A stretch of 64,000 nucleotides of DNA from Raja brachyura (lineage: Eukaryota), in NCBI GenBank assembly GCA_963514005.1, contig OY740783.1:99014001-99078000 (forward strand), written 5' to 3'. The notes under the pieces are model-generated. The model was not told the DNA's origin and searched no databases. It worked only from the letters and a program-made list of their open reading frames with translations. Each line of letters starts with the position of its first letter. Position 1 is the first letter of the stretch. Shown here piece by piece: positions 28,288-42,100 of the stretch. The position numbers were made by a program, and so were the translations under genes.

Positions 28288-29519
28288 TTAGTCCATTTGC
28301 CTACGCAAGGATAATGAGTTGGTATTACATTGTAGATATTAGTCGACCTGTAATTAAGAGCATGGACTAAATGATCTGCAAGTGAGTTCAATTCCCACCT
28401 CAACAGCTGGGGGAGTTAGCTTCAGGTAATTATAAATAAATCTGGAAAAATAAAGATTAGTCTCAGTAATTGCAACTATGAAACTGTCTGATTATTGTAA
28501 AAGCCTATCTAATGTCCCCAATAGAAGGGAACGCGCTATCTTCATTTAGTTTGGCCTACCCGTGATTCCAGTACGCAGCATTTCACTGCCTCTGAAACGC
28601 CTCAGCAAGTCACTCAGATCCACGATGATTAGGAAGGGACAATAAAGTTGGGCTGAACCGGAAAAAAATATTAATAACCTTCCTGATGAGAAATAAACTC
28701 AGCCGCAGTTAAGGTTGGTGTTACTCTAATTTAGAAAATAAAAGAGAGTAAGGCAAAGAAACCTAATACATGTGACCAGAAGTCAACAAGGTGCCCCACG
28801 AATGGACCACATTTCAGCATTTGACTGGTGTATGGTCTCAAATGAAGCCCTCTAGTCTAATCCACTATTCAGTTAGGTTGTAGCTATCATTTAGTCAAGA
28901 GTATTTTGTGAGGATTTCACTTAACTTAACTTGCCTCATAATTTCATTTAACTTGCCTCATGTTAAGGATGTGTTTGGAAGTGTTTAAGTTTTCTGGTAC
29001 CAGAGGGAGTTGCAAGGACAATAAATCATTCACAACGTGTGGAAATTAAATTATCTGCAATCTATTGTCAACCTGCCACATATGTGTTCAACTGGGGCTT
29101 TTGATTGGCTAGTTACAGTAAACACAACCCAAGTATCCAATAATATAAATAGGATTCAAATGGTCTGTGCTAATTCTAATAAATTGAGATGAGTTATTGA
29201 CACATGTACCGAGGTACAGTGAAAAGCTTTTGTTGCACACTAACCAGTCAGCGGAAAGTCAATACATGATTGCAATCGAGCCATTTATAGTGTGCAGATA
29301 CATAATAAAAGGAAATAACATGAATAACATTTTGTGCAAGGAAAAGTCCAGTAAAGTTTGGTCAAAGATAGTCCAAGGGTCTCCAATGAGTTAGAAAGTA
29401 GCTCAGGACTGCTCTCTAGTTGTGGTTCAGTTGCCATATAACAGCTGGGAACAAATTGTCTCTGAATCTGGAGATGTGAGTTTTCACACCTATGATGCTT
29501 GCTTGGTGCTTGCGATGGT

Positions 29520-29712
29520 GCTTAGTCTCAGGGAACCGTCAATTAGTCTCAGGGAACCCAGGGTCCATCAATTCCCTGTCCTGCAGTGCTGGTAGCATGT
29601 TCAGTGCTGTCCACTGCCCAGTGGGCTTGTGGTCAAAGGTGTTGGTCTGGAAGAACTTTTGCACAAAGGACAGGCGGTGCAGCAATTTCCAGCTGACTGG
29701 TACAGCTCGATT
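29520..29712 (-). mobile_element. Tx1/L1-clade LINE ORF2 fragment
   Basis: SWKLLHRLSFVQKFFQTNTFDHKPTGQWTALNMLPALQDRELMDP resembles the post-RT region of fish Tx1-like elements as I recall it; not searched. Confidence 0.5.
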
Positions 29713-30224
29713 CTGCAGATTAATTGCATTGAAATCAATGGATCTGAATATTTGAATAACCAAATGCAAATTACTGTATTGTGCAGGTGGCTCGTGATTT
29801 ATCTTCACCCATATATGCTGAGTTAATTTTCAGCATATTTTTATTAAATATTATTTTAACTATATGAAAATAATTGTAGCATTTGCTGTGGTATTGTATA
29901 TTGTAGAACTATTTTATTTTTTATCATTTATTAGATATTTATATTTTGGCACACTTTAGTATATTTTTAGATTGCACTTGTACAACACATGCATAATAAT
30001 GTGCATTTTTATATTCTAAGAATATCAGTTAATTGGTAAATGTTAATATTTTGACTATATGCAATAATTATATATTTTTTGTGTACTTTTGTAGTTTTAG
30101 AATATTTTACTGTCCAAAAGGAGTGCTCAATGAGTAATCAATGAGGATTGACTTACTTTAAACACAGCAGTAATTTCACTGTGAGCGTTGCTTATATGCA
30201 TGCAATTATCAAGAGCTGAAGAGC

Positions 30225-30670
30225 TCAAGCGTATATGATTGTCACGTGCGCTGGGAATGGAACAATAAAATACCTGCGGCTGCCTTACCAGCGCATTAAA
30301 CTATAAAACAACAAATGATCAGATATTCTAGGTGATTCAGACCGTGCTAGTGAAAGTCAATGTACATAGTGTGGTAGGGTGGTGGTTCGGACTGTGCAGG
30401 GTGGTTCGAGCCTGATGGTTGATGAGAAGAAGCTATTATGAACCTGGAGGTAACAGTTCTCAGGCTCCTGCACCTGATGATTTCCCGGATGGTGGCAGCG
30501 AGAAGAGAGCATGGCCAGGGTGGTGTGGGTCTTTGATGATATTAGGGGCCTTCTTGAGGCAAGGCTTCCTGTAGAGTGCATGAAGTGTTCAGCATTGAAC
30601 GCTTCCTTCATTGGCGGGGAGCTTAGTACCCGTAACGGACCGGGTAATGCCCAGCACTTTCTGCTCCAGT
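30225..30670 (-). mobile_element. Rex1/Babar-type LINE 3' fragment
   Basis: Minus-strand remnant with IIKDPHHPGHALFS...NSFF-like coding. Confidence 0.65.
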
Positions 30671-30929
30671 TCTTGAGCGTTCTAACTAACGAAACAAGTC
30701 GGAATGACTGAGTGAGAGCTACTAATTAGCTTATAAGTAAGGGAGGCTTACGGGTGAATACAAATTCAAAAAAATAAAATTAAATTAAAATGGGTGACAA
30801 AATAATTAAGCAATATCCAAACTTGCCTTTCGTTATATTGAATTTTGCACTTGTGGTTGAGCTTTAGGTAACATTGGAATGATTAGAATAGTTGCGAAAG
30901 TAAAGGAGTCAGAGAATTTTAGTTTCTAA

Positions 30930-32020
30930 CATTGGGTCTCAGTCCCACAGGAGGTCTGGTCCCCCAATGCAACCCATTCCCCAATGTAATATTCCACCAC
31001 TCACCTGTTCCCCCAACGTAACGGCGGGAGCGTTCTGTAGCCGGGGAACAGGGACGGCTTCAGGCGGGAAGCGTCCTGCAGCCAGGGGAGGGGGACCGCT
31101 TCAGGCGAGGCCTGTCGGGGATTGATGGGGGTGTGTGTGGGAGAGGATGTGTGGGGGAGGGGGTGTGTGGGGATGGGGTGTGTGGGGAGGGGGTGTGTGG
31201 GGAGGGGGTGTGTGGGGAGGGGGTGTGTGGGGAGGGGGGGTGTGGGGAGGGGGTGTGTGTGGGGGAGAGGATGTGTGGGGAGGGGGTGTGTGGGGAGGGG
31301 GGGGTGTGGGGAGGGGGTGTGTGGAGAGGGGGCTGTGGGGGAGGGGGTGTGTGGGGGAGGTGGTGTGAGGGAGGGGGATGTGGGGGAGGGGGGTGTGACG
31401 GTGTAGGGGAAGAGGGGTGTAGGGGAGAGGGGTGTAGGGGAGGGGGGTTGTAGGGGAGGGGGGTTGTAGGGGAGGGGGGTGTAGGGGAGGGGGTGGGTGG
31501 GAGGGGTGTGTGTGGGCACACCAGTTCCCGGCCCCGGCTCCGACCACACTCCTGACTCCAGGATCCGGCTCCGGAATCACTCAGCTGCTCCCGTCTTAGC
31601 GCCAGTCGCGCTCACAGCCCCCTGCCCGCGAACACAGCTCACCCTCACCCGCAAACACAGCCCACCCTCACCCGCGGAACATAGCCCACACTCCGCTGCT
31701 TCAGGTTTATTCTCCGCGGCTTCTAGATGGGCGGCTTCTGGACCAGCGGCTTCTGGACGTGCTCATGGACTCAGCCCTGCCTCCGGGGTTTTATTCTCCA
31801 GTTGGTGCCGGAAGGGGCGTTACCTTCATGGTGAATGACAGGCGAGTAGACCAATCTGCTGATCTCATGATTTTCTAAACCTTCATAAATTTTGTAATCT
31901 TCGGGACAAAACGATGCGCTTGGAGCAGAGGGGAACGGAGAGTAAGGTGGCGAAAAATCCGAGCGATATAGGGTACCGTTTGTGTGCAAATTTAAAAACA
32001 ACGCAGCCGCAGTGGTCAAG
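30930..32020. mobile_element. CpG-rich interspersed repeat with internal minisatellite (possibly non-autonomous Helitron/Helentron-like)
   Basis: Abrupt CpG-rich segment with short internal repeats (ttcccccaacg) running into the gap; family assignment is tentative. Confidence 0.35.
31126..31515. repeat. G-rich ~15-bp minisatellite (GGGGAGGGGGTGTGT)n
   Basis: Direct tandem repetition; dense G-tracts. Confidence 0.9.
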
Positions 32021-32189
32021 NNNNNNNNNNNNNNNNNNNNNNNNNNNNNNNNNNNNNNNNNNNNNNNNNNNNNNNNNNNNNNNNNNNNNNNNNNNNNNNN
32101 NNNNNNNNNNNNNNNNNNNNNNNNNNNNNNNNNNNNNNNNNNNNNNNNNNNNNNNNNNNNNNNNNNNNNNNNNNNNNNNNNNNNNNNNN
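32021..32189. other. Assembly gap (169 N)
   Basis: Run of n. Confidence 1.
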
Positions 32190-32680
32190 TGACCTTTATA
32201 AGATTTACCACATTTTTCAGCACAATCTGTGAGTCAGACAGTCTGTCCAACACTGCAATTGACTTCTCAGTCCATATCAGTGATCATTTACGACATGCCA
32301 TTAATTGATTTGATCGGTACAAATGGCCGACACAGCTCTTATATGGGATTAGACAGGGCATAGGGCACAGAAACAAGACCAGCCTTCGCCACCATTTCTA
32401 CTCTGGTCTTTCCCCATTAGTGTATCAGCATAAACCTCTGCTTTTTTCTTCCTGTAATGTTTATCCATCTTGTTCTTAACTGGACCACCATTATTCACTC
32501 CCAGCGTTGGAGAGCCTCACAACATCACCATGCTTTGAGTAAAGAAGTTTCTTCTGAATTCCCAAAAGGTTTTCCTGGTTCTGTTTTATGTTGACAACCT
32601 CTAGTTCTGTTCCTCCCCAGAAGTATAAACATCCTCTCTGCGTCCGCCATATCAAATACTTTCTTAATTTTAAAGGCTTA

Positions 32681-33269
32681 AGGGCCTGTCCCACCAGCAT
32701 GCAACTCTATGCGATTAGCACGATCTAACGTGGTCGCTTGAGCCGTCCGGCGTCGCGGGGCCGGTCTCACTTCGATCGCCGGAGCCGTGCGGAATTGTGC
32801 AGAGTTCGTCCCGAGTTCGTCCCGACACCGCGCGGGGCTCCGAAAAACTGACAATGTCCAAAAATTTTGCGCGGCAACGGCTTGTCGGCTCGCAGTCGCC
32901 TCGACGTTTACACAACGCCCCGACATCGTGCCTCCATGAACCTATTTGTAAGTGCCTCCGTGACCCTCTATGTGTGTGGCTCCGTGGCCCTGTGTGTGTG
33001 TGTGCCTCGGTGCCCCTCTCTGTGTGCCCCTCTCTGTCCTGGCGAACTTACCTTAGACTTCGCTCCAAGTTCGCCTTACTTTGCGCCGCGTTGCGCCACT
33101 CACCCGACCTCCGCGCGGCCCTCGCTGCCGGTTTGGTCGTGCTTGCCGCATGCAGGCGCATGCTGGTGGGAACGGCCCTGTACAGGGGATCACCCGACCT
33201 CCACGCGGCCCATGCTTCTAGTTTGATCGCGTTCATCGCATAGAGTTGCATGCTGGTGGGACAGGCCCT
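32681..33269. mobile_element. PIF/Harbinger-type MITE, young copy
   Basis: Perfect 35-bp TIR AGGGCCTGTCCCACCAGCATGCAACTCTATGCGAT; TTA TSD at 32678-32680 and 33270-33272; CpG-rich interior. Confidence 0.9.
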
Positions 33270-33817
33270 TTACCCCACAGCTTTCTTTTTTCTTGAGGGA
33301 AGAGACCAAGTCTGTTCATCCTCTGTGCTTTTACATGCAGACTAGGTCTGAAATGGGGAATTTACTCTCTAATTCTGATTTCTCCAATATAGAGTGTTGT
33401 AGATGCTTGGCCATCCACAACACTCTGAGCATGCTCGACGCTGATTTGAGTGGGTTTTGAACAGTGCGGGAGCCCGTAGATTGAGAGGGCGGGTCCCCCG
33501 AGGTACAGGTCATCCACGACCTTGCTGGTTGCCAGATCTGGTTCAACCTTATGGGCCATTCCTGCTGTTACATGGGCTCTTGTGTTTCATTGCCCATTAA
33601 ATGTTTGATCCATTTAGGCTGCAACTATTCATTTTTCCTCCATCATTATCAGCGTGGAGCCTCCCATAGTTATGAGCATACAACTTATGTACAGCCTGTA
33701 CATACAAAAGGTCATTTGTAAGGCTGGTGGGATGGATTTGCTGGATGCTGTGGGGCTGCAGGCATCTTCTGCCTTTGGGAATCTTCCCATTGCCAGTGGG
33801 AACTCAATATCCGAATG

Positions 33818-33979
33818 TGTAGGAAGGAACTGCAGATGCTGGTTTACACTAAAGATAGACACAAAATGCGAGAGTAACTCAGTGTGTCAGGGGGCATCTC
33901 TGGAGAAAGGTCCTGAACCAAATCGTCACCATAGATGCTGCCTGACCTGCTGAGTTGCTTCGGCACTCAGTGTCCATCT
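33818..33979. mobile_element. Penelope-derived palindromic mini-element
   Basis: Inverted family termini; TSD tcaat(a/g)tccgaatg at 33804-33817 and 33980-33993. Confidence 0.75.
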
Positions 33980-35339
33980 TCAATGTCCGAATGGTTGAGT
34001 TAAAGGCCTGGCTTAACTAAACATTGCCCTTGGTTCTTCTATGTTTTTATTTACATATATTGCTGGGCAGCTGCATTTCTGACTTGTGAACTGTTTGAGT
34101 TACGGACAGTTCTCAGGAACCCAACAGTCTTGTAATTTAGGAGGAACTGTATCAGGTAATGTCCTTCTATAAGTCACCCCAGGTTGCAACAGCATTTGGT
34201 TCTGCATAAAAAGGAAAGTAGAAAGCTGACTGGACATTTAAAAATAATGAAAACATTTGATAAGTTGGTGGGGAAGTCATTACTTTTGTGGGTGGGTGGA
34301 AACGTGGATCATCAACATAAGATAACAACTAATAAGTTGAATAGAGAATTCCACCCTACAGGAAGGATCCTTCCCCAAGTGGTGAGGATGTGGAACTCAC
34401 TGTCATGTGTGGGGGGAATATAGATAGATAAGTAGTATAGATCGGGGATGCCTGTGGCAACACTTGGCTCGACAGTCTGATTGACTCCCACGTGTGGATA
34501 TTCTGCATTGGGCCCAAGCTTTGAATGAGGTATTGGTTCCCCTGGGATTCACGAGAATAGCCCTAAGGGCAGCACAGTGGTGCAGCTGGTAGAGCTGCTG
34601 CCTCACTGTGTGAGAGAACCAGGTTCGATCCTAACCTTGGGTGCAACCCCAGGGCATGCTAAAGTGCTGAAGACTCATTGAAGTGAGCACTGTAGCAATT
34701 TGGAATCTTGCCAGGCCAATTCACACAGAGCAAGAACCCACTAACAAAGATGAGGGATGGTTGTTCCACTATTGAGGATAATTAATTATGCAGTCACTGT
34801 TGTAATACAGGTAAACATGTAGCTGCCAACCAACACATGGTACGATCCCATCAACAACTGCAATCATGAATGGCCTTTCACCCATGACCTGCAGATGGAC
34901 TCAGGAGATTGGATACTCACTTGGGAAAACTGAGGGTTTCTTGAACTTCATTGTGACTGTGGCATCAACAGTAAATCAACAGTAAATTGTCAGAGCTGAT
35001 CCGACAGAAACAGTTCTAATTGGTACATAAACAACAGTCCAACTGCACTGATAATACAGATATTTTTAGCCGTTTGGTAAATATGATTGATGTTGTTTAT
35101 GATGCTCACTAATCCTTGATATTTGGGGATGTTCTGGATTTACCTCATTGGAAAAGCTCACATTCGATCACTTATTGCCAAACAATTGCTATAGAATCGG
35201 TAGAAACAAGTAACTACAGATGCTGGTTTATCAGGAAAAGACACAAAATGCTGGTGAAACGCAACGGGTCAAGCAGCATCCCCGTAGAACATGGATAGAT
35301 AACGTTTCAGGTTGGGACCCTTTTCAGACGGGTTTCCTC

Positions 35340-35712
35340 TTACAGAAACCGTTCTGATGGTTGGGGGTTCTCTCCAGGGATGAGTGGAATTAATATCCAG
35401 GCAGATGACCCAGTGAGATACTGTGGGAGAGCAGCACTGTTGAACATACTGCCTTTGATGTGAGACTTCAGACCAAGTGGACATGCCCACTCTTTCAAAG
35501 AGGAGCTGGAGAATTCTCCCTGCTTCTTTGATCAACTTCCATTCCTCAACTAAAACCATTAATACATGGTCATTATTGCAGTGCAGCTGGTGGGGGACTG
35601 CTGTGCACAAAATGGATACATCGCAACCGTGATTAAACTCCAAAAATACTTTGTAACCAGTAGAGCAGTCTGGGTGTAAAATGTGCTGTATATAACGCAA
35701 GATGTTTTCTTT
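35340..35712 (+). mobile_element. Deu-domain-type SINE (SacSINE1/AmnSINE-like) remnant
   Basis: Resembles the Deu consensus as I recall it (…tttgatgtgagact…ggtcattattgca…gggactgctgtgcacaaaatgg…); several similar copies in the window. Confidence 0.45.
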
Positions 35713-37869
35713 CTCAAAACCAATGAGGGGATTGATGAAAGCGATTCCAAGCACAAAGATTAAAAATAACATTGCTCGAATGTGTCAAGTTTGGTCTCTC
35801 GGGGCTTCTGATCTGGGATCAAGAAAACTGTCAACCTCTGAGATCTTTAAAAATTAATATATGTTTGGGACAAGAAAAGAAAGCTTTGATCTCTTTCATG
35901 TTGGTGGAACAGTTTAGCAGATAGTTGCTCATTGTGGAAAAACATTTGCAGCACGTCAGTGAAATGTGCAGCACTTCTTCAGAAGTATTCACACAGGCAT
36001 CATGAGTTGAAATTATGAAGTGATGTTGGAGTCAATGTGCAGAGTGCAATGACGGATGGACCTGGCTGGATGTGCCATGGGGATGCAGTTGCCCAGCAAG
36101 ATATGTAAATGAAAGCATAGGCCAACCTAGGGCAATATGTAGCTAAACCAGGCCTTTAACTCAACCACTCACACACTGACGATGGACACAAAGTACTGGC
36201 GCAACTCAACAGGTCGTCAGCATCTTTGGAGAAAATGGATAGGTTTCAGGTCAGGGCCTTTCTCCAGAGATGCTGCCTGACCCACTGTGTTACTCCAGCA
36301 TTTTGTGTCTACCTTCAGCGGTAAATTCCAGAAATTAATTTCTGTCAGTGCTTGCAACATTATCTTCAACAAGCCAAACTTCAGTGAGCCAAGTTTCAAA
36401 TGATATTGATGTTGTGACTTCAACAGATCGGTGCTTCCCAATCTGCTTCATGGGAGCATTATCAAACGACATCTGACACTGAGACACGTAGAGATGTACT
36501 CGGGCTGATGTATAGACGGATAAAATAGCATGTAGTGGGTTAAAATAGCATGGAGTTCAATTTGTCTTCATATCACACTTTAATTATGTCTCATGGTGAT
36601 TCAGAGGGGTGTTTTCAACTGTTTTGAAACAGCCATTATGCCAGGTGAGCAATAGCGTGTCCATGGCTGCAGCTGCTGCTCTACATTGCAGTGAATGGAG
36701 TTGCTGTTCCTGTGCCAGGTCTAACATTCAATGAGCAAGTTCTTGAGTACAGGTCATGAGGAACTGCCGGCTAGCTCGGGCACTGTTGTTGCATTCCAGG
36801 TGTAGTCCAACATCAAAGCTTACCGGGAAATCATCAGTAAAGAGCAAGATCAGGATTTGCCGTATCCTTACTCAATTAAATGCCAATTGTTCCGCATTTC
36901 CCCCCCAAGTTCCAGCCTAATTCTCCACTTTTCTCTGCTTTCTTCCTATGCTTCCTTCTTTCTCTTTATTTTACTTTCTAAACTCGATTTACAATTAAAT
37001 TCACCCACTTTCATTTAGATTTTCTCCTCATGCTTGTATTGTGTATTTTCTAATCCTTAAGACCAACAACTTAAGCAAAGAGATTTCTATCTGCCCACCG
37101 CTCAGTGACCCAAGTGCATTCTTGGCCTCGCTGGAACATTAAGAGTTGTTATTGGCACCTTAGTAGGCAACATGGTTCATGCTGAAGGTAAGATTTTACA
37201 TCCCTAGTTATCACAGCTCATGGCCTCTTTTGGTTGAAGTCAAAGGCTGGCTTGGAGCACAGGGAATGTGTACGATGTGGCCATGACTTCAACATTGCAA
37301 AGTGAAGGCAAGGCATTCATGCTCAAATCTCTGAAAGCAATTATTTTCCTTTTGCTTGTTGCTTTTCTCACCTAACTCATAATTACGTAGAAGTACATGC
37401 AGTCTGCAGCACAGACACAGATCCTTCACCCTAATGAGTTCTTGGCCCTCTTCCCGTGTCTCCTCATGTCATTTTCTCCTATCCCTTTCTCTCCTGCAAG
37501 CTTATTCAGCTTCCCCTCATTGATAACTTTTTCTTTGCCTCATCCATTCTTTTTTGCGTCAAGATTATTCTCACCACACTCACAGCACAAAGGCTGCTCC
37601 TCGATATTTAATCTGTGACTAGCACTCCATGCTAACGATCGCATTTTTAATGGATATCCATCAGTCTCTTTTATAATCCGCCCCCTCCTCCCTCCTCACG
37701 CCCCTCCCCATCCCCTCACCCCCACAATTAGGTTCCTCCCCACCGAGTCTTTTTTCTGGAGAATGAAAGCACAAGCTATATCCATACAGTCTTGATATCA
37801 TACTTTTGTTCAGCAGTGCGTCCACGTAAACTTTCGATAAAGTGGAGATCAAAATGACTCTTCTATTTC

Positions 37870-38635
37870 TCATGGCCAAGTATGTAACAAAATGTGGATA
37901 GAATTTAATCCAAATAAGTGTGAGGTAGTGTACTTTGGGAAGTAAAATTCTTGTATAATATAGAGAGTAAATAGCAAGGACCAGTGTTGTGCGAATGGAC
38001 CTTGGGATGCAAGTCCACAGCTCACTGAAAACAGTGTAATGAGTGGATCGGGTAGTAAAGAAGCCATTTGGTTTGCTTGTCGTCATAGGCAGATGCACTG
38101 AGTATAAGAGTTAGGGCTGAGTTAGATTGTACTTGCAGTATTGTGTACAATTCTGATCACCACACTACGGGAAGGATGAGGCATCAATAGGAAAAATGAA
38201 AAGAGATTCACAAGGATGCTGCCTGCAATGGAGGGCTGAGACTAGATTTATTCTCACTGGAACATAGGAAGCAAAGGGCGATCAGAGGCATAGATGGGGA
38301 GGCGTAAAATGATAACATACGCTAGATATTCAGTCATTTTCCCCAGATGGGTGAAACTAGAACTAGAAGGCACTGGTTTAAGGTGAAAGGGGAGACATTT
38401 AAAGGAGAAGAGGGTAGATCGCACATCGGAAGATGGCTATCTTAACTGAGTTGCCCAATGAGGTGGCTGAGGTGGATACAATTAAAAGCCATTTAGACAA
38501 GTACTTATATAAGAAATATGTAGAGAGATACAGGCCTAATAATGCCAAATAGGATTAGTGTAAATAGGCATTACCATCTGCATGGGAGACGGGGGCAGAA
38601 TGAGCCTGTTTCTGTGCTGTACAATATAATGAATC
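37870..38635 (+). mobile_element. Degenerate CR1 LINE 3' fragment
   Basis: KWxIEFNPNKCEVVYFG / DLGMQVHSSLK / YCVQF-like frameshifted remnants and CR1 tail. Confidence 0.75.
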
Positions 38636-39006
38636 TATCAAGTGGCTAAGCTTTGATAGTGGAGGTTAGCATTAAGGAGCTGTTTAAAAAAAAACTTCTT
38701 CCCAACCTCAGCACCCTGAGTAACTGGGTAAACAGAAGCTTCTCCGTTTAACTCATTAGATTTAAGGATTGTAAAATAAGTAGCACCAGTGCTAAGAAAG
38801 AAGCAAAATTAAAATGGGTGAATTCAATTTTCAGATTTGATAGCAGCATAAAGAGATGGGAAATAAATTTGGAGGAAACCAAGTAGGAGAAAAAAGTTGG
38901 ACCTTGCTGGGAAAGTGAGTAATTGACTATATAGCTAATTAAATAATTTGATTGATATAAAATAGGAACTTCCAAATTCCACACAGGAAGATTAAATATA
39001 CAGGCA

Positions 39007-39152
39007 GACGCAAAATGCTGGAGTAAATCAGCGGGACAGGCAGCATCTCTGGGTGATGCTACCCATTCCTTCTCTCCATAGATGCTGGCTGTCCGCTGAG
39101 TTACTCCAGCATTTTGTGTCTACCTTCGATTTAAACCAGTTCTTTCCTACCC
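39007..39152. mobile_element. Penelope-derived palindromic mini-element
   Basis: Inverted arms; perfect 14-bp TSD taaatatacaggca at 38993-39006 and 39153-39166. Confidence 0.8.
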
Positions 39153-42100
39153 TAAATATACAGGCATGTTGTTTGAGGCTAGGAAAAACTACACTTTCAA
39201 TTACTTCTTGAGACTATTATCTACGGCAGTAATAAATTGTGAAAAGACTACCACATAAGTTAAAACTACAATTAAACGTTGTTCGCTCTAACTTTAGGGC
39301 CCAAAAGACAATAGTATAGATCAAGGTGCCTAAAAGATCAATGTGGCTGCAAAAATCAACAAATATTATCATTATCAGTAGGTGATTGATAAGATATACC
39401 TTCCTGGTTATGTGTTGATCAAATTCTCACCACACACAATAGATTTATTCCCGAGGATGGGCCCCGACCCGATACATCACTTGTCCAGGATCTCCAGAAA
39501 TGCCGACTGACCCGCTGATTTACTCCGGCACGTTGTGTCGACACAAAGAACCACCTCAGTTGGTTCACATACAAAAGACTCAAAGTGCTGTAGTAACACA
39601 GTGGGTCAAGCAGCATCTCCGAAGAACATTTCAGGTCAGGACCCACTGAATTACTCCAGCATTTGCATCTATTTTTGTAAATTCTGCTATTTAGTGGACC
39701 ACCAGTTACGCTTTTAATAACAGAAAGGAATGACCTTATTGCTTCCAAACAAGTCTTTAACAGATTAGAAAAAAAACGTTAATTTGTAGTGCAGTTTTAA
39801 CGTGGACTTTCCAAAGAGCTTCACTTAATGGCTGACAAAGGAAAACTGAGATCTAACCACACTGGGTATAGGTTTAGATTTAGGTGTATTATTGACACAT
39901 ATACCAAAGTACAGTGAAAAGCTTTGTTTTGGCATGCTGTCCAAACAGATCAGATATACCATTCATAAATGTCACACTCAAGTACAATAGATAGATCAAA
40001 GGGGAAAATAGAGTGCAGGATATAGTTCTCAGCATTGTAGTCATTGTAGCACATCACATGCAAAAGCTATAGCTGCCAAGAAATGGTATGATAAGTTAAA
40101 CCACACAAGCGGCCATAAAATGAGCGCCTCAGAAAATTTGGAGAATTATAGAGCTCGAGGAGATTACAGGCAAAAGGGAGGGGATGAAACCAAGGAGGTG
40201 TTTGAAGTCATGGATGAAGTTTGAAAAACAAATAGCTGGTTTGCTGAAGCCCAGTAGGGACGATGGTGGAAGAGGAAGAGGAGCTGGTGTGAGTTAAGAT
40301 ATAGTCGATGGAGCTTATATTTATGGAGATTCGACTTGGGATCAATGAAACTAAGGTGGTGTTCTTTATAATTAACAATAAAGAGTGGGTTTAACTTCAA
40401 AATACTCTCACATACAGTCTCAGTCAAAAGCCTAATTCACCTGCTTATTGCACTGGGTATGATAATAAAGGTTGACTTCCTGCAATTATATTTTCAGTAC
40501 ACGTAGGATCACATAGAATTACACAAATGCCAGTTGGCACATTTCTGAATAAATCGCTGGAATAAAAATCGAGCACAATTTTAAAGCAGCATAATGCCTC
40601 TTTAACCTTCCTCTTAACTAATGCAGATTCCATGCAGAAAAAAAACTAAATCAGCCATTCACACAATGTTTCTTGAAGCAGTTACCAGATCAGCTCTCTC
40701 CCTCTTTCTTTTGCACAGAAACAGAAAAGTTCAGAGAATTAACTCGGAAAATACAAGGAACTTCTCTTGAAACACAGGCAGGCACCAGTATGTCTTGCAG
40801 CAAAGCTAAACAACACATAGCCAGTGAATTCTTGATTCTTTCAAGTACTTTCTTCAAGTACATGCTTTGAATTGTGTTCTGCCACTTGAAGGAAAAATTG
40901 CTCAAATTGAGCTGAAGAGAATAATTCTCTCTGTTAATTTCTACCGACACTGTAGCAACTTTCAAAAGCATAGAAAGCAGCAGAAGTCCTGGGATAAAGT
41001 TACAGGTTGAAGATTTAAGTTACTCTGCAAATTATTATTTCATTCAACTCTTGGACAGAACTTCTCTATCAAAACATTCCTAAATATATCAGTACCTGTG
41101 CAAAGTTTTCAGAAAATGCCCGAGTCCTCTTCTGTGTGCATCTCCACTGTTCCGCAGCCGGTCACACATCATTCTCTGCTTCTTGCTGTGCAGTGTCTGA
41201 GCTGCCAACAGACAGCCCACTCAACTCTGTGCATGTACTTGTTCAAACTCTTACACTCACACATGCTCATGTACACATGGGCACACACACATAAACACGC
41301 ACATGCACACAAAGCAACTAGACAGTGTGTGCAGCTGGGGCTAAGAATCTTTTACGAGCTTTGCCGACATTTATTTCCCCTTATAAAGCAAATTCAGGAT
41401 TGACTATTTAATCCTAGAACAAAAGGCTCAACATTTTGGATTTTTTTCCCCCACTTTGGTCCTGCCCAGAATATATTTTTTTTAGCAATGCATGTATGTG
41501 TAAACCTTGTTCAGAGATGCTTATCCATTTTATATTATGAATTCCGAAAGCTAATCCCTGGAGAAATAGCATACTAATGCCTCAAAATTAATCTGCAGTC
41601 GAGCCAAGATATTATTAATCACAGGAAGAATGGAATCACACAGCACCCACATCCCAATGTCAGCTTGAACTCAGACCCCCAGGTATCCAAGTCAGCAAAT
41701 CAGAGGCAATGCATTTGTTCAACATCATAGAAACCTAATCAAGAAATTCATAAAAGTTGCTATGCACAGTTTTCAAGCTTTATAAACAGCTTTTTGATTA
41801 AAGATTAGAATGAAAGTCCCACAGAAACATAGAGAATATTTTTCAGCATATTCTAATTGATAGCAAGGAGAGCAAGTTGATGAAGATGCTCAATAATCAT
41901 TAGATAAAGATACAAAATAATCTTACTTCAGACAGTTCCTGTGTTGTTACAGTTACCTACTTATAACTTGGATCCTGTCCATATTGCAACCCGCTCTTGC
42001 TGTTTACTTCTGCACCAAGAGTGCTATTTCAGAAGATATCTTTCTAAGTTCTTTGCACCAAACCCGAGTTAGGCTTGGACTGCTAAGACTTGAGTTTAGG

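Noticed and set aside
31001-31580. Pro/His/Gly-rich ORFs (also 12997-13543 and 23930-24324)
   Set aside because: Translations of G-rich low-complexity repeats.
32797-33243. 148-aa ORF or CpG island promoter
   Set aside because: It lies entirely inside the TIR-bounded MITE and shows no transposase motifs.
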